From a bacterium (GTDB lineage: Bacteria > UBA8248), in NCBI GenBank assembly GCA_965200245.1, contig CBDATS010000005.1, forward strand, positions 352,001 to 416,000: a stretch of DNA of 64,000 nucleotides, read 5' to 3'. Below the pieces are notes generated by a model, which was not told the DNA's origin, ran no database searches, and saw only the letters and a program-made list of their open reading frames with translations. Shown here one piece after another: positions 1 to 9,971 of this stretch. Positions within the stretch are counted from its first letter, which is position 1. The number at the start of each line of letters is the position of its first letter. A program made the position numbers and the translations under genes.

Positions 1-386
1 ACGAAGACGCAGCCGAGTGCATGGGCGTGCCCATTCTGAAACTCAAGCTGTTCGCCACCACAGTGAGTGGCGCACTGATGGGTATCGCGGGCGCTCCGTT
101 CTCCTATTTCGTCGTCTACATTGAACCCACCTCGGCGTTTCACCTCGACTACGCGGTGAACAGTCTCGCCATGCCCATGATCGGCGGCACGACCAGCTGG
201 CTTGGCCCGCTCATCGGGGCGGTGCTGGTGGGTACGGCCCAGCAGATCGCCACCGTCACTCTCTCCGCCGAGATGAACCTGCTCATCGTGGGCAGTCTGC
301 TCGTGGGTTTCGTGGTCTTCGCTCCAGACGGCCTTGTGGGACTCTTCGACAAGATTCGCGCGCGCCTCGCGGGGAAGGAGGCATGA
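1..386 (+). CDS. livM: Branched-chain amino acid ABC permease (LivM-like), 5' truncated by the window edge
   Basis: Hydrophobic ORF with ...EDAAECMGVP, MIGG..SWLGPLIGA and APDGLVG motifs; overlaps the downstream ABC ATPase. Confidence 0.85.
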   Translation, partial: EDAAECMGVPILKLKLFATTVSGALMGIAGAPFSYFVVYIEPTSAFHLDYAVNSLAMPMIGGTTSWLGPLIGAVLVGTAQQIATVTLSAEMNLLIVGSLLVGFVVFAPDGLVGLFDKIRARLAGKEA

Positions 387-1111
387 TGAGCGAAAATCTC
401 CTCGACGTGCAAGGCGTTACGAAACGATTCGGCGGATTCAGCGCCCTCACCAAAGTCGATTTGCACGTGAAGGAAAACGAGCGCTTCGGCCTCATCGGCC
501 CCAACGGCTCGGGCAAGACGACGATGATCAACTGCATCTCGGGCGCATTCGCGAACGACGAGGGCAATATCGTGTTCGCAGACCACGACATTACCCGGAT
601 GCCCGCCTACCAGCGCACACGGCTGGGTATTGCGCGCAGTTTCCAGATCCCCAAGCCCTTCGTCAGCATGACGGTGCTTGAGAACCTCTGCATACCGCTC
701 GAATACGCTGCCCACCAGCGCTTCCATGGGGCAGAGTTGCGCGGCGAGGCCATGGAGATACTCGAAATCATGGGCCTTGCGGACAAGGCCGAAGTGCGCA
801 CCGGCGGACTGACCCAGATCGAACTGAGAAAGCTCGAACTCGCGCGCGCTATGGCGGCTAAGCCGAGGCTCCTCATATCGGACGAGGCCATGGCCGGCCT
901 TTCCAACGCCGAGGTGGATGACATTCTCGAAATTCTCGTACGCCTGAATGAACAGGGCCTCACCGTCATCATGATCGAGCACATTATGCGGGCTGTCATG
1001 AGTTTTTCCGAACGCATCGTCGTCCTCGACGCTGGCGAGAAGATCGCCGAGGGGACGCCCGATGAGATCATCAACAACAAGGACGTGGAAAGGGCCTACC
1101 TTGGCGCATAG
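383..1111 (+). CDS. livG: ABC ATP-binding protein (LivG-like)
   Basis: Walker A GPNGSGKT, ARSFQIP, LLISDEAMAGL, IEHIMR, C-terminal AYLG. Confidence 0.92.
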   Translation: MMSENLLDVQGVTKRFGGFSALTKVDLHVKENERFGLIGPNGSGKTTMINCISGAFANDEGNIVFADHDITRMPAYQRTRLGIARSFQIPKPFVSMTVLENLCIPLEYAAHQRFHGAELRGEAMEILEIMGLADKAEVRTGGLTQIELRKLELARAMAAKPRLLISDEAMAGLSNAEVDDILEILVRLNEQGLTVIMIEHIMRAVMSFSERIVVLDAGEKIAEGTPDEIINNKDVERAYLGA

Positions 1112-1832
1112 CATCGTCGTCGACAACGTATCCGCGGGCTACGGAGCCGTTCGCGTACTGCACGGAGTTTCTGTTGAGGTCAAGGACGGAGAGACCGTGG
1201 TGCTTCTAGGCACCAACGGCAACGGCAAAAGCACCCTCATCAAGTGCATCATGGGAATTATCCAGCCCGATGAGGGCGATATCTATCTGGAAACGGACGA
1301 CGGGCGTATCAGTCTGACAGGCAAGAAACCCGAGGAAATCGTGAACTTGGGCGTTGCGCTCGTGCCCGAGGGCAGGCGCCTGTTCCCGCGTCTGACGGTG
1401 GAGGAGAACCTCCTGCTTGGTGCCTACCGCGAAGAGGCGCGGCGTGGCATCGACCGCAACCTCGCCTTCTCCTTCGAGGCCTTTCCTGTTCTTGCCGAGC
1501 GCAAGAACCAGCTCGCAGGCAGCATGAGCGGGGGTGAGCAACAAATGCTCGCCGTAGCCCGCGCGCTGATGTCCGCGCCCAAGGTACTTCTGGTGGACGA
1601 ACCCTCCGTTGGCCTCGCGCCCATACTCGTGAACCGGGTGATCGCCAAGATCCGCGAACTTAAGGAAGAATACAATCTCACCGTCCTCATGGCCGAGCAG
1701 AACTTCAATCAAGCGGTCAAGATAGCGGACAGGGGTTACATCATCGTGCACGGGGAGATCGCATTTGCGGGCGAGAGCACAGAAGCCCTCGTCGGCCACG
1801 AACTCGTGAAGAAATACTACCTTGGCGTATGA
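1101..1832 (+). CDS. livF: ABC ATP-binding protein (LivF-like)
   Basis: GTNGNGKST, VPEGRRLF, MSGGEQQM, LLVDEPSVGL, EQN; TTG start overlapping the livG stop. Confidence 0.92.
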   Translation: MAHSIVVDNVSAGYGAVRVLHGVSVEVKDGETVVLLGTNGNGKSTLIKCIMGIIQPDEGDIYLETDDGRISLTGKKPEEIVNLGVALVPEGRRLFPRLTVEENLLLGAYREEARRGIDRNLAFSFEAFPVLAERKNQLAGSMSGGEQQMLAVARALMSAPKVLLVDEPSVGLAPILVNRVIAKIRELKEEYNLTVLMAEQNFNQAVKIADRGYIIVHGEIAFAGESTEALVGHELVKKYYLGV

Positions 1833-2120
1833 AGGGGCGGGATACGAGCATCGCCCCCTCTCGCTGGAGACGTGACATCTGACGGCGGAAAAGCCCCCGC
1901 AACCCACAAATACCCTCAACCCAGGCTTTCTGTTGGGTGACTTTCTGTCGAGGTCGATTTCAAGGGACCCGGGTTTGCAGTTCATTTCTGCCGTATGCTC
2001 CCGCGCCAACGAACTGACTTGCATCCCGGACAAATTGCGTAATGTGCCGAAAGCGGAGTAACGCGCGACTACCCTATTCCTCGAAATGCCCGATTCAGCG
2101 GGTTCACCTGCATTCCGTAC

Positions 2121-2552
2121 TCAATATCCCATGTCCCTGGCGGGGATGTCGGAGGCCACCTGGATCACGATGCCCTCGGTCTCATCGGGGTGCAGGAAGA
2201 GAATCTCGTATCCCCTGGGGGTGTAGGTTCCCGGACCAAAACCGTCGAGAAACTTTACGCCGCTGTCCGTGAAGTGTTTGCCGGCTGCGCCCGTATCAGG
2301 TGTTGAGAGCGCGATGTGCGAAAGACAGGGGCCCCCGTTTCGCTCGAGCATCTTCGTGTAGTGGTTCTCCGGGTCGTAAGGCTGCATGATCTCGATTTCC
2401 ACGTCGCCCATACGCAAAAACGTGGCGTGCGCCCAGCCGGTGTCGGCCACCTGAACCCGGTTCGGCTCGCAACCGAGCTTTTCCTGGAACATTTTCGTCG
2501 TTCGTTCCATGTCGTCCGTGATGAGGCCCACGTGATGAATCTTTTTGAACAT
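2121..2552 (-). CDS. VOC-family protein, methylmalonyl-CoA epimerase-like
   Basis: KKIHHVGL..., IEIMQP, GPCLSHIA and FLHPDETEGIVIQ are the typical MMCE/glyoxalase metal-ligand motifs. Confidence 0.8.
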   Translation of the reverse strand: MFKKIHHVGLITDDMERTTKMFQEKLGCEPNRVQVADTGWAHATFLRMGDVEIEIMQPYDPENHYTKMLERNGGPCLSHIALSTPDTGAAGKHFTDSGVKFLDGFGPGTYTPRGYEILFLHPDETEGIVIQVASDIPARDMGY

Positions 2553-2892
2553 TGTAATACTCCCTGAAAGATGAAGGTTCCATGTATGATGACAGATGAC
2601 GTCACGTGAAAGCCGCATCGGGAGAAAACGACTCACCGCAAGACCCGGCATAGAGACACACCCACCCGAAAATGTCAAAAAGATCGCGCCTGGCCGCGCG
2701 ATTTCCCGGCTCCGAACACACCGTCATCGAAACCGCAAATTACGGAGCAAATGAAAACTCTACCGGTTTTTTGCTCGTTGACACACAGATGACAAGATTC
2801 TATGCTTTTGGCCTCGAGACATACTCAAGAGGTATTGGTATCTGCACATATCGCTTCTTCATGCCATTCATTCACCACAAGGAGGAATATTC

Positions 2893-4179
2893 ATGAGTCG
2901 TTTGGGCAGAAGAAAATTCCTGAAAGGCGCAGGCCTCATAGGTGGCATCGTGGCCGCACAGACGGCACCCCCGTTTCTGAAAGAGGGCCTCGGCGCCCGC
3001 CCGATCAAGTGGGGCTCCATCCACCCGACGACGGGCCCCTACTCCACCGAGGCTTTCGACCAGGTGGAGGGCGTGAAAGTAGCCATCGAGGACGTCAACA
3101 AGGAAGGTGGCGTGGACGGGCGCCAAGTCAAACTGTTCTTCCGTGACGATCAGTTCAAATGGGATCAGACCACCACTCACGCGCTCGATCTGATCGACAA
3201 CCACAGGGTTGATTTCATCGCGGGCTCGATGGTCGGCCCCGAGGAAATCCGCCTCAACGAGTTCTCGCGCAAGCGCAAGATCATCTATGCGAACTATCCC
3301 CAGCACATCTTGTCCACCCCGGGAAACGCGAACAAGATGTCGCCTCTGTTCTTTACAGCGAACACCACGCCGTACCAGTTGGCAGCGAGTTCGCTCACCT
3401 ATATCGCACAGAACAAGATTGGCAAGAAGATTCACTGCCTGTTCGACGACTACATCTGGCCCAAGATGTTCATCCCCGCCTTCAGCAAGCTGACAAAGGA
3501 CTTCAACCTCACGTGGAACGCAAATACATCCGTCTCCTGGGTGCCCTTCCCGACCTCGATGGATTATTCGGCGACATTCCCGAGAATCCTGAAGGAAAAG
3601 CCCGACGTCCTCTATGTGCTCTGCTGGGGACAACGCCAGGTCGCCTTCGTGAAGCAGGCGCGCGAAGCCGGTCTGGACAAGAAAGTGAAGATCGTGCTTG
3701 GCGCCACCGAGATCACCATCCCCGAGGCCGCCGGTCCGGGTTCCTATGAAGGCTTCAACGCGGCGATCATGTGGCACCCCACCCTCGGCAGCAAGTATCC
3801 GGCCGCCAAGAAACTGAATGACAAGTTCCTGGCACGCCGCAAGCGTCCGTGCTCGAGTTACGGTATGCTGGCCCACGATCTCACAAGGCTGATCCTGGAC
3901 ACGGCGAAAGAGACGAAACTCTACAAGCGCCGCGACCACTTCAAGCTCGCAAAGGTGCTCGAAGGCAAGAAGTTCCAGTACAGCAAGGGCGAGTGCCAGA
4001 TTCGCGCCTGCGATCACGTCTGCATCTCAGAGGTTTTCGTGCTGCGCGGCAAGTCCAAGTCCGAGATGAAACATCCCATCGACCACCTTGAGGTGATCGG
4101 TTCCTCAAGCGGCGAAGGCAACACCGTCTCCTGTGAGGCAAAAGGCCTGAAAGTCCCCGCCAGCGAAAGGAAAGTCTAG
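2893..4179 (+). CDS. Liv-type ABC substrate-binding protein with Tat signal
   Basis: GRRKFLK twin-arginine signal; PTTGPYS, INKEGGVDGR-like segment and QIRACDH motif; RBS AAGGAGG upstream. Confidence 0.88.
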   Translation: MSRLGRRKFLKGAGLIGGIVAAQTAPPFLKEGLGARPIKWGSIHPTTGPYSTEAFDQVEGVKVAIEDVNKEGGVDGRQVKLFFRDDQFKWDQTTTHALDLIDNHRVDFIAGSMVGPEEIRLNEFSRKRKIIYANYPQHILSTPGNANKMSPLFFTANTTPYQLAASSLTYIAQNKIGKKIHCLFDDYIWPKMFIPAFSKLTKDFNLTWNANTSVSWVPFPTSMDYSATFPRILKEKPDVLYVLCWGQRQVAFVKQAREAGLDKKVKIVLGATEITIPEAAGPGSYEGFNAAIMWHPTLGSKYPAAKKLNDKFLARRKRPCSSYGMLAHDLTRLILDTAKETKLYKRRDHFKLAKVLEGKKFQYSKGECQIRACDHVCISEVFVLRGKSKSEMKHPIDHLEVIGSSSGEGNTVSCEAKGLKVPASERKV

Positions 4180-4213
4180 GATCAGGCGCTGGAAGCGCCA
4201 CCGAAACGTCCTC

Positions 4214-4247
4214 CCGGGCGACCGGAAATCCGGTCGCCCGGTCTTTT
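4214..4247 (+). terminator. Stem-loop after the substrate-binding gene (terminator or mRNA stabiliser)
   Basis: CCGGGCGACCGGA-aa-TCCGGTCGCCCGG perfect inverted repeat followed by TCTTTT. Confidence 0.65.
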
Positions 4248-4287
4248 CCCCAAGGGGTTTGACAAAGGGGGCGTTTCATCCTAGACA

Positions 4288-5307
4288 TTGCACTCTTGCG
4301 ACTTCCCCGTTCTCAAGGAGCGTGTTTTGCCAACCGGCGGCGTCGAGTTTTCGGAGTTCGTCCAGCATCTGTTCCTAGGTCTGGTGCAGGGCTCCTTCTG
4401 GATACTCCTGGCCCTAGGGCTATCGATCATTTTCGGGCTGATGGGCATAATCAATTTCGGCCACGGTGCCTTCTACATGCTGGGCGCGTACGTGGGCTTC
4501 ACCGTCTCGGACCTTGTTTTCTCGCCGTTTCTCGGACCGAACGCGGGCTTTATCATGGCCCTCGCCTCCGTGCCCATCGTCATGTTCGCCCTCGGGATGG
4601 TTTTTGAAAAATACGTAATCAGCAGGATATACAACACCGAAAACGAACGATTCTCAGGCGTGCTTATCATGTTCGGCATGTCCATCTTCCTGCCGGACTT
4701 CGTGCGTTTTCTCTGGGGCAGGCCGGGAAAGCCCTTCAACATTCCGCCGATGTTCGAGTTCTCGCTCTTCAAGACGGGCACGCTCGATATAACGGCCTAC
4801 AGGAGCTTCACCATCATCACCGCGGCGATTCTCGTAGCCCTTCTCTGGGTACTCATCTACAAGACGAACCTGGGCATGATGATCCGCGCGGGCACGAACA
4901 ACAACACGATGGTGAAGGTTCTGGGCATCAACGTCTCGCGCATCTGGAGGCTCACGTTCGGGCTGGGCATCGCCCTGGCGGGTTTTTCCGGCGTGATGAT
5001 TGCCCCCCTGTTCGCGGTGGACGCCACGATGGGCGAACTGATTCTGGTGCAGACCTTCATCGTCGTCGTGGTCGGTGGCATGGGGAGCTTCATCGGCCCG
5101 GTGATCGGCGGTTTGATTCTGGGCCAGCTATGGGCGCTTACGCCACTGGTAGGCAGAACCCAGTATGTGGTCCAGAACTGGACGGGTACGGTGATTGGCC
5201 CCGACTTTTGGGAAAAGGCGTCCGACATCCTGCTCTTCATCATGATGGCGGTGATACTTCTCTTGCGGCCAAGAGGGTTGTTCGGCCAGGAAGGCGCTTT
5301 TGACTAA
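4288..5307 (+). CDS. livH: Branched-chain amino acid ABC permease (LivH-like); true start may be further downstream
   Basis: LALGLSIIFGLMGIINFGHGAFYMLGAY, VVVGGMGS, LRPRGLFG. Confidence 0.9.
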   Translation: MHSCDFPVLKERVLPTGGVEFSEFVQHLFLGLVQGSFWILLALGLSIIFGLMGIINFGHGAFYMLGAYVGFTVSDLVFSPFLGPNAGFIMALASVPIVMFALGMVFEKYVISRIYNTENERFSGVLIMFGMSIFLPDFVRFLWGRPGKPFNIPPMFEFSLFKTGTLDITAYRSFTIITAAILVALLWVLIYKTNLGMMIRAGTNNNTMVKVLGINVSRIWRLTFGLGIALAGFSGVMIAPLFAVDATMGELILVQTFIVVVVGGMGSFIGPVIGGLILGQLWALTPLVGRTQYVVQNWTGTVIGPDFWEKASDILLFIMMAVILLLRPRGLFGQEGAFD

Positions 5308-5339
5308 GAATCCTTTTCGTCTCGGGAGAGATTGCTAAA

Positions 5340-6542
5340 GTGGACGCAGCGGCTCCAAAAAACCGATTCACGCCCAAAGAGTTCTGGGCCTGGATCGCGG
5401 AAATTTTCGACAACTACGGCATCCTGATTCTCGCCGTCGTACTGGTGATTTACCCATTCCTGTTCGACGCCTTGAACGAATCGATCATCTGGTTCGAGGA
5501 CAATGACTGGGAGGCGACTGCCGAGGTTGTCGCGGAGATTCGCGGCTTCGTACCGAGCACGCCGCTGATGATCCAGATTCTCATCTATACGCTGTTCGGC
5601 GTCGCCTTCAACATCCTGCTCGGCAACACGGGAATGCTCAGCCTCGGCCACTGCGCCTTCTTCGGCGTGGGCGGCTACACCGTGGGCATCATGCATGCCT
5701 GGATCAAGCCGGGCACCTACGCTCCCGACTGGATGGTCAGCTTCTTCAAGATACTACCGCTTGAGATCTCGCTCATCACCTGCATCGTCGTCTCTACCTT
5801 CGTCGCATGGCTCATCGGAACGATTTGCAGCACAAAGCGCGGCGTATACTTCGCCATGGTCACACTTTCAATCAGCATGATCTTTTACTACTCCGCGCAG
5901 ACGTTCGACGATCTTACGGGTGGAACGGACGGACTGGGCGGTCTCGAGAACATGCGGCTGGGCTCTATCGGCCTGCGCGTGGGCATCATGGACGCGAACA
6001 TTACCTATTATTTCGTCTACATCCTTAGCGTCGTCTTCATTGCAGCCATCTGGCAGGTCCTTCGTTCGCCGTTCGGCCATGTACTCAGGGCTGTTCGCGA
6101 AAACGAGAATCGCGCGCGCATCTGCGGTTACGACGTGGCGAAGGTGCGGCTCATGGCGTTCACGATGAGCGGGGCCATTTCGGGAATCGCGGGAGCACTG
6201 GCCATCATCTACGGCGAGACCGTACCGATCGAGAACATCCATTTCATCACCTCGGGCCAGATCGTCATCATCACCTTGTTCGGAGGTGCGGGCACCTTCC
6301 TGGGGCCTGCGGTGGGTTCTTTCATCTACTGGTACCTCAGGCAGTTAATGAGCGTGGAGTTTGTCAAATACCTCGCCATCTTCCAGTACTGGGAAGCGTG
6401 GGTGGGCGGCATCTTTGTACTGATCGTGCTCTTCGTCCCCTCGGGAATTCTGGGCACCATCCGCAATATGACGGTCGAGTACCGAGAGAAAAAATTCATA
6501 GAAAAACAGGCCACGACCGAAGCCACTGTCGAGCAGGAATAA
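5340..6542 (+). CDS. livM: Branched-chain amino acid ABC permease (LivM-like)
   Basis: NILLGNTGMLSLGHCAFFG, GVYFAMVT, TGGTDG, SPFGHVLRAVRENENRA. Confidence 0.9.
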   Translation: MDAAAPKNRFTPKEFWAWIAEIFDNYGILILAVVLVIYPFLFDALNESIIWFEDNDWEATAEVVAEIRGFVPSTPLMIQILIYTLFGVAFNILLGNTGMLSLGHCAFFGVGGYTVGIMHAWIKPGTYAPDWMVSFFKILPLEISLITCIVVSTFVAWLIGTICSTKRGVYFAMVTLSISMIFYYSAQTFDDLTGGTDGLGGLENMRLGSIGLRVGIMDANITYYFVYILSVVFIAAIWQVLRSPFGHVLRAVRENENRARICGYDVAKVRLMAFTMSGAISGIAGALAIIYGETVPIENIHFITSGQIVIITLFGGAGTFLGPAVGSFIYWYLRQLMSVEFVKYLAIFQYWEAWVGGIFVLIVLFVPSGILGTIRNMTVEYREKKFIEKQATTEATVEQE

Positions 6543-6554
6543 CGGAAAGACAAT

Positions 6555-7289
6555 ATGCCTATTCTGGAAACCAGGAGCCTGAGCAAACACTTTGATGCCC
6601 TTATCGCCGTGGATAGCGTGGATTATTCGGTCGAGTCCGGCGAACTGCGTTCTATTATCGGTCCCAACGGCGCGGGCAAAACGACCTTCTTCAACATGAT
6701 CGCAGGCGACCTGGTTCCCACCTCGGGGCAGGTGGTCTTCGATGGACAGGACGTATCGGAAATCCCGGCCCATGAACGCTCCCATTTGGGAATCGGTCGC
6801 ACCTACCAGATCACCAACATTTTCCCGAAACTGAGCGTGCTGGAGAACATCCGCATCGCTGCGCAGTCGCGAAAGACCACTTTCAACCTGTGGTCGACCA
6901 TCCTAGGCCACAGAGAACTGATCGACAAGGCAGACGAAATCCTCGAGCGCATCAACCTGACGGAAAAACGCGACGAACTCGCCGGCACGCTTGCACACGG
7001 CGAGCAGCGCTATCTCGAAATCGGAATCGCACTCGCCACCGACCCCAAGCTGCTCCTGCTGGATGAGCCGACGGCTGGCATGAGTCCCGAAGAGACGCTG
7101 CAGACGGGCGAGTTCATCAAGAACCTGGCCGATCCGCTCACCATAGTGCTCGTGGAGCACGACATGGAGGTAGTGCTGGGCATTTCGGACAAGATTACCG
7201 TACTGCACCACGGTGCCTTTCTAGCCGAGGGCACAGTGGAGGAAGTTCGCGCGAACGCCGAGGTTCAGCGCGTATATTTGAGGGAATAA
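6555..7289 (+). CDS. livG: ABC ATP-binding protein (LivG-like)
   Basis: GPNGAGKTT, GRTYQIT, LLLLDEPTAGM, VEHDM. Confidence 0.93.
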   Translation: MPILETRSLSKHFDALIAVDSVDYSVESGELRSIIGPNGAGKTTFFNMIAGDLVPTSGQVVFDGQDVSEIPAHERSHLGIGRTYQITNIFPKLSVLENIRIAAQSRKTTFNLWSTILGHRELIDKADEILERINLTEKRDELAGTLAHGEQRYLEIGIALATDPKLLLLDEPTAGMSPEETLQTGEFIKNLADPLTIVLVEHDMEVVLGISDKITVLHHGAFLAEGTVEEVRANAEVQRVYLRE

Positions 7290-7993
7290 TGCTCGAAGTC
7301 GAATCAATCAACACATTCTACGGCCTGAGCCATGTACTTCACGACCTGAGCCTCAGGGTGGACGAAGGCGAGGCGGTGGCCTTCCTTGGCAGGAACGGGG
7401 CGGGCAAATCCACCACCATGAAGACGATCATGGGCCTCCTGACTCCCCGGAGCGGAAAGATTGCCATGGAGGGGCAGGACATCACCGAAGCGGAGGCTCA
7501 CACCGTCTCGCTCGCGGGGATTTCATGGATCCCCGAGGATCGCCAGGTGTTCACGAACCTCACGGTCTTCGAGAACCTGAAGATCAGCCGCATCCCCATC
7601 GACGGCGCCAAGGACCTCGACGCGCACCTCGACTGGATTTTTTCCCTCTTTCCGCGCCTCAAGGAGCGCATCAACAACAAGGGGAACCAGCTAAGCGGCG
7701 GCGAACAGCAAATGCTCACCATGGCACGCGGCCTTGGCACGGAGCCCAAGCTCATTATGGTGGACGAACCCACCGAGGGCCTCATGCCCGCCTACGTCGA
7801 AACCATTGAGAACGTGTTAATGGAAATCCAGAAAAAAGGCATCACCATCCTGCTCGTGGAGCAGAACTTCCGCATGGCACTCAGCATCACCAGACGAGCC
7901 TACCTCATCGAAAAAGGTGTCATCCAGTGGGAAGGTGCCTCGGCGGACCTCCTTGAAGACCAGGAAACCCGCATGCGGTATCTGGGCGTGTAG
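7289..7993 (+). CDS. livF: ABC ATP-binding protein (LivF-like)
   Basis: GRNGAGKST, LSGGEQQM, VDEPTEGL, VEQN. Confidence 0.93.
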   Translation: MLEVESINTFYGLSHVLHDLSLRVDEGEAVAFLGRNGAGKSTTMKTIMGLLTPRSGKIAMEGQDITEAEAHTVSLAGISWIPEDRQVFTNLTVFENLKISRIPIDGAKDLDAHLDWIFSLFPRLKERINNKGNQLSGGEQQMLTMARGLGTEPKLIMVDEPTEGLMPAYVETIENVLMEIQKKGITILLVEQNFRMALSITRRAYLIEKGVIQWEGASADLLEDQETRMRYLGV

Positions 7994-8033
7994 ACGCAAC
8001 CACGGAGCAGTCAAACCCATCCAAAAGGACACA

Positions 8034-8056
8034 GGCAGGTCACCACCTGCCCCTAC
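8034..8056. repeat. GTAG-type REP-like palindrome
   Basis: GGCAGGT-cacc-ACCTGCC followed by CCTAC (GTAG on the minus strand), between convergent genes. Confidence 0.4.
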
Positions 8057-8113
8057 CATGTTACCCGTTGCCGACAAATGCGAGCGAAATTCCCGACCTC
8101 AATCCGACACCCC

Positions 8114-9454
8114 TTACCGCTCATCGACGAGGCGACGGGCCTTCACGTCACGCATAGGGTCGTGGATCACTCCCGGGTCCACGAATTCGAGAACGGGGCG
8201 TATCATCACCGCCCCTCGTACACGATCCGGCAAGGAGGCGCCAAGCCGTTCTCGCTCTGACTCCTCGGCTTCCAGGCGGATTACCATCTCGTCCATCGAA
8301 TCCACATCATCGGGCACAGACTTGCGGATTTGTATCTGAAATTCGCGAATTGTGCGTTCTTTCGCCAAAAGGTCGAAGACGATATCAGGGTTCATGAGCA
8401 TCCCGCGTACCTTGAGAAGATCGCCCGTCCGCCTCGGCAGACGCACGATGCGCTCACCCAGTCGCCCGCACAGCGGGCAAGGTTCCCACCTCAAGGCAAT
8501 CACGTCGCCGATGAGATAGCGCAGGAACACCGTGCCCCGGCGGTGCAAGTGTGTGAGGGCTATCGCTCCCTCTTCTCCTTCCTGCACGGGCGCACCCGTA
8601 TCGGGGTCGACGACTTCAAGCAGATAGAGCTCGGGTACGACGTTGTGCGGCATCGCGTCGTTCGCACACTGTACGAGACCGCCCTGCATCTCTGTAGCCG
8701 CGTAACGCACACGCACCTGCGGGTCGCGCGCCCCGAAATGGCGCAGATGATCCATATACTCCTCGCGCAGGGCATCGCTCACCGCCTCGCCCGTGGTCAG
8801 CACCATGCGCGCGCGGGAGAGTTCGATGTCGCGTTCGCGCGCTCTTCTCAGGAACCTGCGGACGAAACTCGGCACCCCCCAGATGACGGTGGCCCCCGAT
8901 TCAGACACAACGTTGATAGCTTCATCCAGCGAACGGCGCACGGGATATTCCGGATGGGGACTCCCTGTGAGCGCGCTTACTACCGGCAGTCCCATAATCT
9001 CCGCCGAGCGCACGCAGCACAAAAACCCGCCCAGGGGCATGGGCGAGAGCGGATAGAGATTGGCAATGACGTCCCCACTCTTCAACCCTTCCGCCTCGTT
9101 GCAGACCCGTGCCTGGAGCATAATGTGATACTGATCGTGTGTCGTATTGAAAAATGGAGACGGCCGCCCACTCGTGGTGCCCGTGGTGTAGGCCACGTTC
9201 CACATAGTTCGTTCCTCGAAGGAGAGTTCGGGCAACCAAGTGGGGTCGAGGCTGAAATCCTCGGGGGCCGCCATGAAGTCTTCTTTTTTCGTCAAGGGGA
9301 TTTTAGGGAGATCATCCAACGTCTTGATCGCCTCGGGAATCAGGTTCACCTCCGCAAAGCGGCGCTTGTAGAACGGGTGCGCCCGCCCGCACAGGGCGAC
9401 CATTTTGCGCAGGCGTTTTCTCCTGAGATCGCGCAGCGCGTCCAGATCGTTCAT
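8114..9454 (-). CDS. Phenylacetate-CoA ligase (PaaK)-family adenylate-forming enzyme
   Basis: LDDLPKIPLTKK, AMP-binding loop YTTGTTSGRP, TGEA, YAATE, LRYLIGD, RTGDLLKVRG. Confidence 0.85.
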   Translation of the reverse strand: MNDLDALRDLRRKRLRKMVALCGRAHPFYKRRFAEVNLIPEAIKTLDDLPKIPLTKKEDFMAAPEDFSLDPTWLPELSFEERTMWNVAYTTGTTSGRPSPFFNTTHDQYHIMLQARVCNEAEGLKSGDVIANLYPLSPMPLGGFLCCVRSAEIMGLPVVSALTGSPHPEYPVRRSLDEAINVVSESGATVIWGVPSFVRRFLRRARERDIELSRARMVLTTGEAVSDALREEYMDHLRHFGARDPQVRVRYAATEMQGGLVQCANDAMPHNVVPELYLLEVVDPDTGAPVQEGEEGAIALTHLHRRGTVFLRYLIGDVIALRWEPCPLCGRLGERIVRLPRRTGDLLKVRGMLMNPDIVFDLLAKERTIREFQIQIRKSVPDDVDSMDEMVIRLEAEESERERLGASLPDRVRGAVMIRPVLEFVDPGVIHDPMRDVKARRLVDER

Positions 9455-9473
9455 CAGGTACCGTTCCTTCGCA

Positions 9474-9866
9474 CTAAAAGATGCCGGCCTTGCGCTGCAG
9501 CCAGCGCACGTATTGCACGATCAGGGCCACATCTTCCGGTTTCACACCCGGTACGGGGGCCATGTCACCGAATTTCCAGTGGTGGCTCTTTACTCCGCGC
9601 GAAACGGCCAGGAAAAAGGAACCGTCCCCGTGATGGGAGGGTTCATATATCTTGTGAACGAGAGGCGGACCGATTTTCGACCCACTGGCTTCGGGACCGT
9701 GGCATCGCATGCAGTTGCGCGAAAACAGCTTTTTCCCCTGATTGATTTGAGCCATATCCTGCGAAACGGGCACCTGAGGTCTCGGCGGATCGGGCCTCTT
9801 CGTCAACATAGCAATAGCAACAAACCCGACTGCCAGAAAAAGCCCCGCCGCGAACGCCCGTCTCAT
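9474..9866 (-). CDS. Monoheme c-type cytochrome
   Basis: N-terminal signal/TM segment, CMRCH heme motif, GPPLVHKIYEPSHH, HHWKFGDM axial Met. Confidence 0.88.
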   Translation of the reverse strand: MRRAFAAGLFLAVGFVAIAMLTKRPDPPRPQVPVSQDMAQINQGKKLFSRNCMRCHGPEASGSKIGPPLVHKIYEPSHHGDGSFFLAVSRGVKSHHWKFGDMAPVPGVKPEDVALIVQYVRWLQRKAGIF

Positions 9867-9971
9867 CGTCCGATCCCTTTCCAGGTAAACAGCAAAATAA
9901 AGAGCGCCTCACCGCTCTCGAAACTCGAATCGCCCGCATGAAAACCTGTTCCCGAGGCGAGCCGGGACAGC

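Noticed and set aside
8330-9745. Long antisense ORFs (this one, also 24723-26081, 41942-43144, 43380-44819, 58112-59944, 61426-62607)
   Set aside because: Shadow frames of well-supported genes on the opposite strand in GC-rich DNA; no motifs
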